Source: Candidatus Bathyarchaeota archaeon
Lineage (GTDB): Archaea; Thermoproteota; Bathyarchaeia; TCS64
Length of the DNA stretch: 64,000 nucleotides
Direction of reading: 5' to 3'
Assembly: GCA_963771885.1 (NCBI GenBank)
Contig: CAVYVF010000022.1
Span: forward strand, 160,001 to 224,000
Shown here: positions 1-9,748 of the stretch, piece after piece
How the letters are laid out: every line of letters starts with the position of its first letter
Numbering within the stretch: the first letter of the stretch is position 1
Position numbers and translations under genes: made by a program
The notes under the pieces: generated by a model
What the model was told of the DNA's origin: nothing
Seen by the model: only the letters and a program-made list of their open reading frames with translations
Databases searched by the model: none

Positions 1-544
1 ATCCTGTCCGCAACCACCCTTATTGCGGGTTTATCCTATAACCAGAAGAGCGGACGAGACATTCCATAGAATCAGTGCCACTATCTTCGCGACTAGTGTC
101 CATACAAGCTACGATATGGCCAAGTTCAAGTTCAACGCGACGATATCAAACATGGGGTCGCTAGACCTCCACCTAAGCGGTCTTAAGGTTGTTATCACTA
201 TCGGTGGAGCCCCGGTCTACACTGGAGAGCTTGGTCCGTGTACAGTGAAGCCTGATTTACCTTTAACTGTCGTGCTCAACGAGGGCGTTCTGGCGGTCCC
301 CGTTGCGAGTGAGGCTTTTGCTGATGTAGGTTCAGGCATGATCCGGTTGGGGGTGACTTTCAATGGGGCTGCTTCTGCGGGTGGCTTTACCCGCGTGGTC
401 TCATTCTTGGAGAAGGGTTCGCTCCTTTTTGGAATCGTTCTTAGAAGCTACTTCTTCATAAAAATGGGATGTCCAGATGCGTATTTTAGTAATATTAAAA
501 ATGTATGTGTAAATAAAAAGGCGTGTGAAAGACATCGTTTCTAA
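1..544 (+). CDS. Hypothetical LEA-2/WHy-like beta-sandwich protein, probably 5'-truncated by the window edge and/or frameshifted
   Basis: ORF 23-544 has FKFNATISNMGSLDLHLSGLKVVITIGGAPVYTG, a LEA_2-like pattern. A hydrophobic stretch (ILSATTLIAGL) lies in another frame at 1-45. Confidence 0.35.
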   Translation, partial: SCPQPPLLRVYPITRRADETFHRISATIFATSVHTSYDMAKFKFNATISNMGSLDLHLSGLKVVITIGGAPVYTGELGPCTVKPDLPLTVVLNEGVLAVPVASEAFADVGSGMIRLGVTFNGAASAGGFTRVVSFLEKGSLLFGIVLRSYFFIKMGCPDAYFSNIKNVCVNKKACERHRF

Positions 545-703
545 AAAATTTTTAAAACACGCTAATCCTATATCTTATTTGAAATCTCTGTCATGTCACA
601 TCTTCTTCACATACGTAGATTCCCGAACATCGTTAAGGCACTAAAACGGCAGGGTGCCCCAGTAGAATAATGCCCTTCAGAATCGAATGGCCAAGGACTA
701 CGG

Positions 704-1126
704 CTACGCAACCCACCTCCATCCCCCAAGAGTCTCGAAGGCGTGACCATCACGCTGCAGAGCCTTAAGCAGCAGCCGAGTCTCCTCAACGGGAAACCCA
801 ACACCCCGAGCGAAATGCTCTTCCCCGACGCCCCGATGCCCGGCCCGACGAAGCACCTCAGCCACCTTATCTAGATGCTGCCTGAGCATCGGCGACAACT
901 CGTCGCCAGATTTAGCTACTTTAGCTGTCTCATGCGGCTCCTGAGGCTGTATATATGCCCTACGGGTGGAGGTAGAGACTTCGAGTTTAGCCTCGCTCGG
1001 CTTGCCCGAATTTTTCACATCACCCACTCCCACCCCCAGCGCATATAGTCTCGTGCTCCTCTTGTCACTGGGGTCCGTCCTTTCCTCGAGGAAGCCCGCC
1101 TCCTCAAGAGACTGGATAAGGCGGCG
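704..1126. repeat. Direct repeat copy 1: 3' end of the helicase-like gene (partner 4511-4933)
   Basis: 704-1079 is identical by eye to 4511-4886; 1080-1126 differs from 4887-4933 at 7 of 47 positions. Confidence 0.95.
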
Positions 1127-1138
1127 CCGCGCGCGCAT
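704..1138 (-). pseudogene. Orphan C-terminal (winged-helix) fragment of the element helicase-like protein
   Basis: The translation matches the C-terminus of ORF 4511-5491 except for one K/R change and has no ATPase portion. Confidence 0.8.
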
Positions 1139-1298
1139 ATCCTGAGCCCTGCCCTTGGTTGAATTAATTTTTTTGTTTCTTTTTTAAACGTTTTCAGAAC
1201 ATAAAGTGCCCGAGATTCATCCCCCTCAATTCCGTGAGCTCATTCGTGCATGATATAGTCATTTTTTTAACTGAATTATTATGTGTGAATACCCCTTA

Positions 1299-1788
1299 TT
1301 AGGCAATTAAAATAATAGCACTTAAAGAAACATTATACTCATCTATTTCAACTTTCACTAAAAAGGTTCCCGCACCAACTTCTTTATCCACCATATCTCT
1401 TTGTCCCCCAAATATCGTCAATATTTATTACCCGCATGGAATTTGGTTTAATCACAATAGACGATTCAAAATTTGATACTCGAGATGAATTATATATCTC
1501 TTTAATGCTTGAAGAATTATTTACGACGTAAATAAAGACTTTATATTCGATCTTCTCCAAAATCATTTCAGAAGCGGACGTATTCACAATGGTAAAATTA
1601 CCCGATATTTCTTCTCCTATAGCAAAACTATGTTTTGGTAAAAAGATAGTCGCAGATACAGTATCTTGAGCCATATCTCCTCGATGATAAAAGCTATAAT
1701 TCAATAGCAGCGCCGTAGCACCGCCAAGAAGAACCATCAAAACAACTAGCGAAGTAACCTCTTTACCAGAATGGGGGACAGTCGCCAA
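1299..1788 (-). CDS. Membrane-anchored Ig-like (BsuPI-like) protein, frameshifted at a G5 run near 1405-1409
   Basis: N-terminal TM (SLVVLMVLLGGATALLL). Removing one G gives WGQRDMVDKEVGAGTFLVKVEI..., ending at TAA 1299-1301. Confidence 0.5.
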
Positions 1789-1813
1789 ACGTATACACTT
1801 CGATTTAGATGGT

Positions 1814-2263
1814 CTAATCACTGTCACGTTGATACACCTCAAGTGGAATAATTTTATAGAATTGAATAGTTTCATACACGTTAATTAACGTACTTAATAA
1901 CGAGATTGTAAAAGGTATGAATAACTCTGTATTAACGCTAGCCAAGAATAAAAAGACTGCAGAAATCGATAAGAAAAACATCGCATAAAAAAATGAGCGC
2001 GGTATGAACCATATTCCATACTGATAGAAAAACCTGAGAACTCCAATCCTCGTAGCAACATCTAGGTAATACACTCCATATTGTTTACGAAGCAGCTTAT
2101 GTTTAACGAGTTTCTCAAGATGCAGTGAGGCGAGCGAGGGACTAGATAGTTCTAGGTCGTTGGCTACTTTACGAGCAGTTGCTTCCTTAAATCTCATCAT
2201 ATAAACGTAAATCTTAAAGGTGTTATACTGGCCCGCAACGTCTTTCTCCAGCGAACTCTCCAA
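1814..2263 (-). CDS. Winged-HTH transcriptional regulator with two C-terminal TM helices
   Basis: ATARKVANDLELSSPSLASLHLEKLVKHKLL HTH followed by two hydrophobic segments. Confidence 0.75.
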   Translation of the reverse strand: MESSLEKDVAGQYNTFKIYVYMMRFKEATARKVANDLELSSPSLASLHLEKLVKHKLLRKQYGVYYLDVATRIGVLRFFYQYGIWFIPRSFFYAMFFLSISAVFLFLASVNTELFIPFTISLLSTLINVYETIQFYKIIPLEVYQRDSD

Positions 2264-2384
2264 AGGTTCACCGCCGCCATCGGAGTCGTCTCTACCGTAT
2301 CTAGATCAGATAAGGAGTCTACGTACCAAGTATTTTAAACTAAAACCAGATCAAGGTGTTCAAATGTTAGAATAAAATAAACGG

Positions 2385-3080
2385 GTGATAGAGTATACCT
2401 CGGGGATGGTTGATTTGTTAGTATATAGAAAGTTGATTCTCCTCTGCGTTGTTGCGTTTATTTCCATAATGTTGATGAATGTAAACGCAAAACCGGAGGG
2501 TGAGGAAGTTGCTGTTGGCCAAGAAGAATCGATTGAAAAATACCTCGGAAAAGAGGTCCTAGCAGGTGAGGGAGTGCTAACAAAACTTGACTCGTTGATA
2601 GGGGAGGAATATCCAGGGCAACAGATTGGCTACGTCTTAGAGATTCTGGACGAGAAGGAATGTGGAGAATACGATGTGATGGGGATCACGACAAGCTTCA
2701 CGAAATTGGAGAAATATAGGGTCGTGGAGGCTATCGTGGGTCAGACCGCTTTAACCTCTAGCCCCGAGGGGATTACACGTTCGTATCAGTATGGGGCAAC
2801 TCTCAGCCCAGGGTACATATATGCACATGGGAACTACTACTTGACTGGGACCGCCGAGTTTTCAAGCACTACTTCTTGGAATCCAGTCTATTCTTTCCAT
2901 ATTGGTTTATACAATCGCGATACTGAATATTTTGGATATGTTACTAAGACTAGTAGTCCTTCCTATGTTCTGAGCTATAATTGGGACTATCCTTACTACT
3001 ATGCTCATGCTGTGAGAAACCCTTCTGGTAGTGCGGGTGACGTAACGTTTTCCTGTATCTATGATTGGAACTACCCTTAG
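2385..3080 (+). CDS. Secreted hypothetical protein (signal peptide, acidic region, Tyr-rich beta domain)
   Basis: RKLILLCVVAFISIMLMNVNA signal-like segment; ends WNYP. Confidence 0.7.
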   Translation: MIEYTSGMVDLLVYRKLILLCVVAFISIMLMNVNAKPEGEEVAVGQEESIEKYLGKEVLAGEGVLTKLDSLIGEEYPGQQIGYVLEILDEKECGEYDVMGITTSFTKLEKYRVVEAIVGQTALTSSPEGITRSYQYGATLSPGYIYAHGNYYLTGTAEFSSTTSWNPVYSFHIGLYNRDTEYFGYVTKTSSPSYVLSYNWDYPYYYAHAVRNPSGSAGDVTFSCIYDWNYP

Positions 3081-3116
3081 TTCGTGTGAAAAGTAAATAC
3101 AAACTCTGGTGAAAAT

Positions 3117-3554
3117 ATGGAAAACGAAAAACAAAGATTAAGAAAAGGAAATATTAAACTAAATACCGATAGAATAGGAAACGTTATTATTCTCGGTTTA
3201 TTAATGAGTGCAATTGTTATCCCTCTAATTTCTGGTACCATTCAAGATTATGAATCAATTAATTGCTCTGTAAGCGCCTATGACGCTTGGCATGAGTGGC
3301 CAAGTGAAGGGGCATTCTATGGATCAAGTGTTCGAGTCACAATCGACTCTACTAATCCCTCTGGCAAACACGTCGCCGTCTGCATAGTACCTCCATATCC
3401 TCCGTTCGAACCATACTATGATGAGAGTCGAACTGCTGGTCAGAGTACGGGGTGGGTAGATACATACGGTCAATACGCTCCATTCTATGTACAAATTAAC
3501 TACAATGGAGACGTTTGCTCGATGACAGGGCATATAGAATGGATCTACCCATAA
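3117..3554 (+). CDS. Secreted or membrane-anchored hypothetical beta-rich protein
   Basis: Basic N-terminus then a hydrophobic segment; ends WIYP, like the upstream gene. Confidence 0.7.
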   Translation: MENEKQRLRKGNIKLNTDRIGNVIILGLLMSAIVIPLISGTIQDYESINCSVSAYDAWHEWPSEGAFYGSSVRVTIDSTNPSGKHVAVCIVPPYPPFEPYYDESRTAGQSTGWVDTYGQYAPFYVQINYNGDVCSMTGHIEWIYP

Positions 3555-3596
3555 TGTTTTTTTTTGGTTTCGTGAAAATCTAAATGAGTAATCTGT

Positions 3597-4239
3597 TTGA
3601 AACTTAATAACGCTTTATTAGTTATTTTAATACTAGCATCAGCGTCAGTTCTCACAAATATATATCAATATATGGAGGTACAGACCTCAAATCAAAAAAT
3701 AATCGAGTTAACTACAAATTTAGGAGCTATATCAAACGTCATTAATTTGCTTGATGATACCACAGTGCTCAGAAAAGAATCTAATCTATTGTTCCGTTCA
3801 TACTCGAATGTGAATAATTATTATATTACTTTTTTATAACAATGAAAACAGTTCTACTCTCATCGTCGATATTTATCTTCAAGCTTTAAACACCACGATT
3901 CCGTTAAGAGTACAAAAAGGAAACGTATTAAATGAAACTGACGCAACTAGCGAATACACTTTTTATCATCTATATAATGGTACTTTTGTTCCCTATACCT
4001 TAAAATGTGCACCTGTCACCTTTTTCCAAAATATTACAACTACGACAACGGTGAAAATACCCCTCAAGGAACGAGGGTGGTATACTTTAAGCATATTAGG
4101 ACCAATTTCCTTAAGTGATAGATTCTATGGCGTGAGGGAAATCTTTACCGCCAATACATTGTATGTAGAAGCCTCTTACCAAATTGAGAAAAATGGCTCT
4201 CCAACGCTATTCGGTGAAAGAGTCAAGCTTCAAAGGTAA
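3597..4239 (+). CDS. Membrane-anchored hypothetical protein (~214 aa), frameshifted at a T run at 3830-3835
   Basis: N-terminal TM plus short coiled coil. The frame of ORF 4051-4239 is open back to the T run. Confidence 0.6.
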
Positions 4240-4510
4240 TATGAAATCCGATAATATATAGGGCCATTTTCCACCTTCCTCCACTTCTCGTCGTGATGTC
4301 CGCATACGGGTTAAAAAGAGAGGATCTGCGGGTAGCATCTCCATATTTATCTAGTTCAAACCTCAGAGTCCGCATTGGCTAAACCCCACGTCTAGTCATT
4401 TCATCTTCCTAAAGGCAGATTCTCCCGGATCTCCTTAAGATACTCCAAGTGCAGACGCGCCAAAGTAAAAAACCCCATCAAAACCAATTAACCAAAGACG
4501 TCCACTACAA

Positions 4511-4933
4511 CTACGCAACCCACCTCCATCCCCCAAGAGTCTCGAAGGCGTGACCATCACGCTGCAGAGCCTTAAGCAGCAGCCGAGTCTCCTCAACGGG
4601 AAACCCAACACCCCGAGCGAAATGCTCTTCCCCGACGCCCCGATGCCCGGCCCGACGAAGCACCTCAGCCACCTTATCTAGATGCTGCCTGAGCATCGGC
4701 GACAACTCGTCGCCAGATTTAGCTACTTTAGCTGTCTCATGCGGCTCCTGAGGCTGTATATATGCCCTACGGGTGGAGGTAGAGACTTCGAGTTTAGCCT
4801 CGCTCGGCTTGCCCGAATTTTTCACATCACCCACTCCCACCCCCAGCGCATATAGTCTCGTGCTCCTCTTGTCACTGGGGTCCGTCTTCTCCTCGAGGAA
4901 ACCCGCCTCCTCGAGGCTCTGGATAAGGCGGCG
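4511..4933. repeat. Direct repeat copy 2 (partner 704-1126)
   Basis: Same sequence at an offset of 3807 bp. Confidence 0.95.
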
Positions 4934-6304
4934 TCTGCCCTTCTCGCTCAGCCGCGACTTAAACCTAAGATAGTAGCTCTGGCTAAACCCCACCTTGCTC
5001 AGACCCTCATCCCCAGCCGCCTCCAGCAGCCCCCTGAGCGTATCCCGCCACCAATCATAGACATACGGCGGAAGCCCAATACGGTTACTGATAATCGTGC
5101 GGCTGAGGATCTCCTTCGCCGCCTCAATATCCTCCGGCTCCGCGTAGAGCACGCCGCCAACCGTATACTTCCGCTGAGGAAGATTGAAGAGGGCGTGCCC
5201 CTTCGCCATAGCCACTATCCTCGGGAAGTCCCTCTGATCACGCGGCGACAGATCCCGGGGCTCACCGCCTACTCCACCCTTGAACCAAGCGAGAAGCCCC
5301 GCCATGTCCTCCGGCTTGATTACGACCTCCCGTATGTTAGCGGCTTTGACCATCTCGATCCTGACGCGTAGCATGTTCCCCTCAGGGTCGCCATCGAGCC
5401 TAGCCGAGAACGTCTCCCTATTCCCAAGGCTCTCAGCCTGAAAATCAAGGGAGTCGCCGAGCTTCTCCTGCGTCATATCCGGGGAAATCACGCTGAAGCG
5501 TGTACGCTCCTAATCATCGGGGTTAAAGCTCGCCTGGCAGAAGATCATCGTCGGGTAGCCGACCAGCTTAACCGTCTTCGTCAGGTTCCCACCCGACGAG
5601 CTCTTATCCGTGATGTCGGCGAGGAGCTCCTTCTCGTCATGTGACAGCAGGCTGCGCAGCGGCGAGAGGACCTGATCGTCGGGCGTGTCCTTAAAGATCT
5701 GTATCCGCTTCTCAAGGTTGACCACGTAGAGCTTAGGTACCGCGTCCCACTCATCGCGAAAGCGCCGATAGACGGCCTTGCGTTCCTCCCGCCTCCCCGC
5801 GGCCCGCCTCCTCTCCGCGACGGCCTTCTGGGAGGCGTCGCTCGTGTCGGGTGCGTAGACGGGTGGGTGCTCGCCGTCCCACTCATCCATTCGGCGCTTG
5901 AGGTATTCGGCTCGGTCTTCGAGCGGCTTCCCGTCGGCGGTCTGCAGCTCGCTGTTCTTGTGGAAGAAGGCGCGGCGACTCGTGTAGCCCCGCTTGTCAA
6001 CGTCCTCCTTGGGGAAGTACTTCGCGCACTCTAGTGCGATGTAGCTCTTGCCGGTGCTGCTTGGGGCCTGGAACATTACGTTCTGCTGGTCCTGGTAGGT
6101 ATAGTTCAGGATCATGCTGAGGAAGGTGATGAGCTTGTTGTCGTCGTCGCGCTTGATGGTGCGGCTCAGCACCCTGAGGAGGAAATCTCTGTCCATCTTC
6201 CCGGCGGCGGCCTCGTGTGCCTGTTTCCAGAGGCGCATCTTTTCAGCGGCATCGCTGAAACTATGTGCGCTGTGGGTGGGGGTGGTTGTGTCGTTTTTTT
6301 CCAA
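4511..6304 (-). CDS. Mobile-element replication protein (P-loop ATPase/helicase-like with C-terminal wHTH), interrupted by an in-frame TAG at 5510-5512
   Basis: Walker A APSSTGKS. ORFs 5510-6304 and 4511-5491 are in one frame: NPDD*ERTRFSVISPD. SPRDQR motif and C-terminal wHTH-like segments. Confidence 0.7.
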
Positions 6305-6318
6305 GGTTTGTTCTCCGG

Positions 6319-6489
6319 TCAGTGTAGCGGGTACGCCTCTTGGCGCCGCTTGATCTCAGCGTCCTCCGCCGCGGTTCTGATCTTCTCCTCATCGGTTAGG
6401 ATGTCGAGCTCGGCGGGGTCGACTATACACCAGCTGTTGTCGCGGGGCTGTCGTCTTCTTTTCCGGCGCCTGAAGCTGAAGAGGGTCAA
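6319..6489 (-). CDS. Small hypothetical protein (56 aa)
   Basis: TTG start overlaps the upstream TGA (TTGA); reads MTLFSFRRRKRRRQPRD... Confidence 0.5.
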   Translation of the reverse strand: MTLFSFRRRKRRRQPRDNSWCIVDPAELDILTDEEKIRTAAEDAEIKRRQEAYPLH

Positions 6490-6881
6490 GTCGAGCCCCT
6501 CGGCTTCGCCCTGTTGAGGAACTTGCCGTCCCTGCTTAGGGTGATCTCGTAGCCTGCCTGGGCGACTTTGCCCATCCGCTTCACAGCTTCGACGAGCTGA
6601 GCCCTGCCAGGCGGGATTGAGCCGTCCCTCTCCTGGACGAAGCCCCACGCCCAACCATCCTCGGCATTCGCAGGTCTTCTTATGCCCGTGTTCTTCTCGG
6701 TCACCCACCACTCGACGACGTCGCTAGGTATGTTGCCCGGTGTGGGTTGCTGTGTAACTGGCGGCTTCGAAATGTATCCGTCTGAGCCCAGCGCTCCGAT
6801 GTAGTCGAGAAGGTCCTGAGCCATGTTTCTAAGCGCCACCATCTCATCAGCCCTAATGGTGACGTAACCGCCCTCGCTCAA
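6486..6881 (-). CDS. Hypothetical element protein
   Basis: 131-aa ORF translationally coupled on both sides. Confidence 0.65.
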   Translation of the reverse strand: MSEGGYVTIRADEMVALRNMAQDLLDYIGALGSDGYISKPPVTQQPTPGNIPSDVVEWWVTEKNTGIRRPANAEDGWAWGFVQERDGSIPPGRAQLVEAVKRMGKVAQAGYEITLSRDGKFLNRAKPRGST

Positions 6882-7030
6882 TGCTGGGCTCTCCTGGCGG
6901 CTACCCTTGCCTGAAGGTACTCGAGGAGACGATCAACCTGCTCCTCTTTAATAGGCGAGTCAATCCCTTTTTTGATAGGTGCCTGGGCAGCGCTCTTCCC
7001 TGGCCGGAACGGTTCCGCTTCAGGCACCAC
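6878..7030 (-). CDS. Small hypothetical protein (50 aa), absent from the ORF track
   Basis: GTG start after GGAGGAGA; MVPEAEPFRP...ARRAQH; its stop overlaps the next TTG start. Confidence 0.55.
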   Translation of the reverse strand: MVPEAEPFRPGKSAAQAPIKKGIDSPIKEEQVDRLLEYLQARVAARRAQH

Positions 7031-7212
7031 TATCTGTCTCCTCCCTCACGCTTCGGTGGGATGTAAGGGCGGATTGTGAGAACACCGTCCACCTCTATGG
7101 CGACGGAATCGATCCGCCTCCCCGCTTCGGCTTCGCAGTAGTCGAGCCAGTCTTTCGGAAGGTAGATCGCCTTTGAGCCTCCACTATTGATGAGTTTCTT
7201 AATCATCGGCAT
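7030..7212 (-). CDS. AbrB/MazE/SpoVT-family DNA-binding protein
   Basis: KKLINSGGSKAIYLPKDW swapped-hairpin motif. Confidence 0.8.
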   Translation of the reverse strand: MPMIKKLINSGGSKAIYLPKDWLDYCEAEAGRRIDSVAIEVDGVLTIRPYIPPKREGGDR

Positions 7213-7256
7213 GATTGTCCGGTATAGGATAAACAGGACAAACCATATATAGGAAA

Positions 7257-7925
7257 TTGATAGGTAATATTACACATGGAGGTATGTATACTTTGGTAGG
7301 TATAGTTAAACGCAGTTTAGGAAGGGAAAGGCGACCATTGACGAACAGTGAGAAGGTGGTTCTATCCTACATTCTAGAGAAAGGGCCATCCCATGGCTTC
7401 GGAATACATGATGAGACTGGGGTAACAGAGAAGACAACTTACACGGCATTGAAGAGCTTGACTAAAACGGGATTGTTAAAACCTCGTGCCGAGGGGGAGG
7501 GAGGTAAGCTGAGGCCGGGACTAGAGGCCAAGTTTTACCACTTGACATTGAAGGGCTTGGTTGAGGGACTCGTGACCAACAAGGGCGCGTGGAAGAAGAT
7601 AGACAGGATTGCTGAACAGTGGGAAGGGACACTACCTCTTGTTTTTAATAAATGGAATTATATCACCGCGTCGGGGGTGAGGGCAGTCGCTATAGAACAG
7701 CTTGAACGCATCATTACCGAGGTACACAGTGGACTCGTTGACACGCAGGAACTCCCCAAGGAGTTCTACACGGGAGGTAATGTATACGTGAGAAACGAGG
7801 ACTGGTTTAAGATGCTCGTAAACGACCAGGAGCTGAAGACAATTCTCACAGCTAAGATCAGAGAATGGGATAGAGAAAACGACATGGAGCGCCAAGATAT
7901 TGAGACCCTGAAGAAGAGGCTTTAA
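7257..7925 (+). CDS. Winged-HTH transcriptional regulator, probable element repressor (true start likely later)
   Basis: LTNSEKVVLSYILEKGPSHGFGIHDETGVTEKTTYTALKSL...FYHLTLKG; divergent from the AbrB operon. Confidence 0.7.
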   Translation: MIGNITHGGMYTLVGIVKRSLGRERRPLTNSEKVVLSYILEKGPSHGFGIHDETGVTEKTTYTALKSLTKTGLLKPRAEGEGGKLRPGLEAKFYHLTLKGLVEGLVTNKGAWKKIDRIAEQWEGTLPLVFNKWNYITASGVRAVAIEQLERIITEVHSGLVDTQELPKEFYTGGNVYVRNEDWFKMLVNDQELKTILTAKIREWDRENDMERQDIETLKKRL

Positions 7926-9126
7926 CCCGTTCTTTTTGAAGCCTTCTCGAGGAGCGCTGGATTTTCCTCGATGAGCACCTTGAGGTAGTCCCTCATCTCT
8001 GTTTTCATTTCCTCTTTGATCTTCGCGATATCACGATCCTTCTCAGCTTCCACTCTGTCGAGCTTAGCCTGAAGCTCAGCGACAGTGTCCTCACTAACAA
8101 GACCATAGGGCTTCGAGGAGGTAAGTAGATTCAGGTACGGCAGCCGGGTCCTGAAGTGGCTCTTCATCTTGTCAACCACCTGCTCCCCATGAAAATAGCC
8201 ATTAGCATCGACTTTGTGACCCATCATAAACTCGATCTGCTCAGCGTCGCCCCGTCCCCTCTGCGTCCAGTTTGTTCGGGCAAGATCCCTAAGGTTGTGA
8301 AGACCTCGTCCGTACCTGGGTATCTTCCTACTCCCAGGCAGTGGCTTGAGAAGACCTAGGGCTCGGAGCTGCCTAAGCCAATACTCCTGGAGGGACTTTT
8401 TCTCCATTGGATCATGGAACTGGTTCTGGAAAATTGGCCCATTATCTAAACCTCGCCTCTCCTCGATGTACACCTTTAATGCCTCGAAGGCATCACCACC
8501 GAAGAAGGTGCTAAATGAAGTCGTAAATCGGGTGTTCTTACGACCAGGCAACGTAACTGTAACGATATCGATGCCTGAGTCTATCTGCTTCTTCAGGTCT
8601 CGCCATCCCTCATTCGACCAGGTAACGAGGCTCTCCTGATCAAGGGTACTCTGGAACATGATCAAGTAGATAGCCCTGAAGGTCACATTCGACCTGTCGA
8701 TGACAAGCCGAATCTCGTCGAGTGTGAGATCGCAGGGAACCGGCGCGAAGTCGCCCCTAATCCTAAAACTCCGTCCCGGGGAAGGGTCGCCCGGTTGAAC
8801 TCCATGAAGCTCCTCAGAGTCTTAACGTGGTTCTCTAGGTAGCCCTTGCGCCCCTTCTTAGACCTCACCCACTTCTGAATATACTCGTAGAGAAGGTACT
8901 CGGCGTCCTCCTCATCGCTCTTGCGAGACTGCTTCTGATAAGAGACAAGCTCATCAGGCGTGAGGCCTCCAAGCTCCGGGCTATTCAAAGCCAGCCACTT
9001 CATGAAGGACTCGAAAAGGTAGATGTACCCCCGATAGGTACTGGCCCCTAGACCCTCTCTCCAACGCTGCACAGACTGATACTTTTCAAGCCCTGAGATC
9101 GTCGACGAGCCCTTAACACCCTTCAA
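7922..9126 (-). CDS. Tyrosine recombinase/integrase, frameshifted near 8770
   Basis: N-terminal SAM-like domain; HNLRD and FMMGH...GY motifs. A shift after LPRD restores SFRIRGDFAPVPCDLTLDEIRLVIDRSNVTFRAIY. Confidence 0.85.
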
Positions 9127-9243
9127 ACCCTTACCCGCGAGTGAAGTCGTCGGATTAATACTTAAGTTTTCTTGGATTACCGAAGCTGACTACGCGGATC
9201 GGCATATAGGTACTTTGGACGTTTCACGTTGAAAAGGAAGGCG

Positions 9244-9657
9244 CTAACCCGCGGGCTTGCTCCCTATCTCCTGCGCGAACCTGAGGAGGTACCCGTCGGG
9301 GTCCTGAATGAGGAACTCCTTGACCCCGTAAATGGTGTCTCCTCCTCTATACCAGCTCTCCTTCGGGGGACGGAAGAGGGGGATGCCTTCTACCTCGAGT
9401 GCTTTAAGGAGAGCATCTACGTCGTTCGCATGGAATTGGAAGTTGATGCCCCGCCCGTATGGGTATTCAAGTTCTCCCGTCGCCCAGTGCCCGTTCGTCT
9501 CCTCAATCATCAGCTGCGCGCCTTCACGGCTCAGGTACATGAACTTGTTAGCGGGGCGCTCGTACTCTACCTTGAACCCGAGTGTGTCGACGTAGAAGGC
9601 TCGGCTCCGCGGGAGGTTGGAGACGCTTATCTCGGGAACTAGGGAGTTGAACTGCAT
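9244..9657 (-). CDS. VOC/glyoxalase (bleomycin-resistance-like) protein
   Basis: LVPEISVSNLPRSRAFYVDTLGF...EFLIQDPDGYLLRF. Confidence 0.9.
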   Translation of the reverse strand: MQFNSLVPEISVSNLPRSRAFYVDTLGFKVEYERPANKFMYLSREGAQLMIEETNGHWATGELEYPYGRGINFQFHANDVDALLKALEVEGIPLFRPPKESWYRGGDTIYGVKEFLIQDPDGYLLRFAQEIGSKPAG

Positions 9658-9748
9658 GTGCAGGATATCGTAGTCGAGTGACTAAAGGTTGTGGGATCTT
9701 CTTCGCAAGTGTTAAAATTGGTTCAGCCTGATTCTATACGGTGTTCTC

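Larger units (their letters stand above)
4511..9126. mobile_element. Core of an integrated plasmid/satellite-like element; cargo extends left, att sites not identified
   Basis: Integrase, divergent regulators, small ORFs and a helicase-like gene next to AT-rich cargo. Confidence 0.8.

Noticed and set aside
9127..9243. attL/attR site of the integrated element
   Set aside because: No tRNA fragment or matching repeat was found in the window; the partner site is probably left of position 1.
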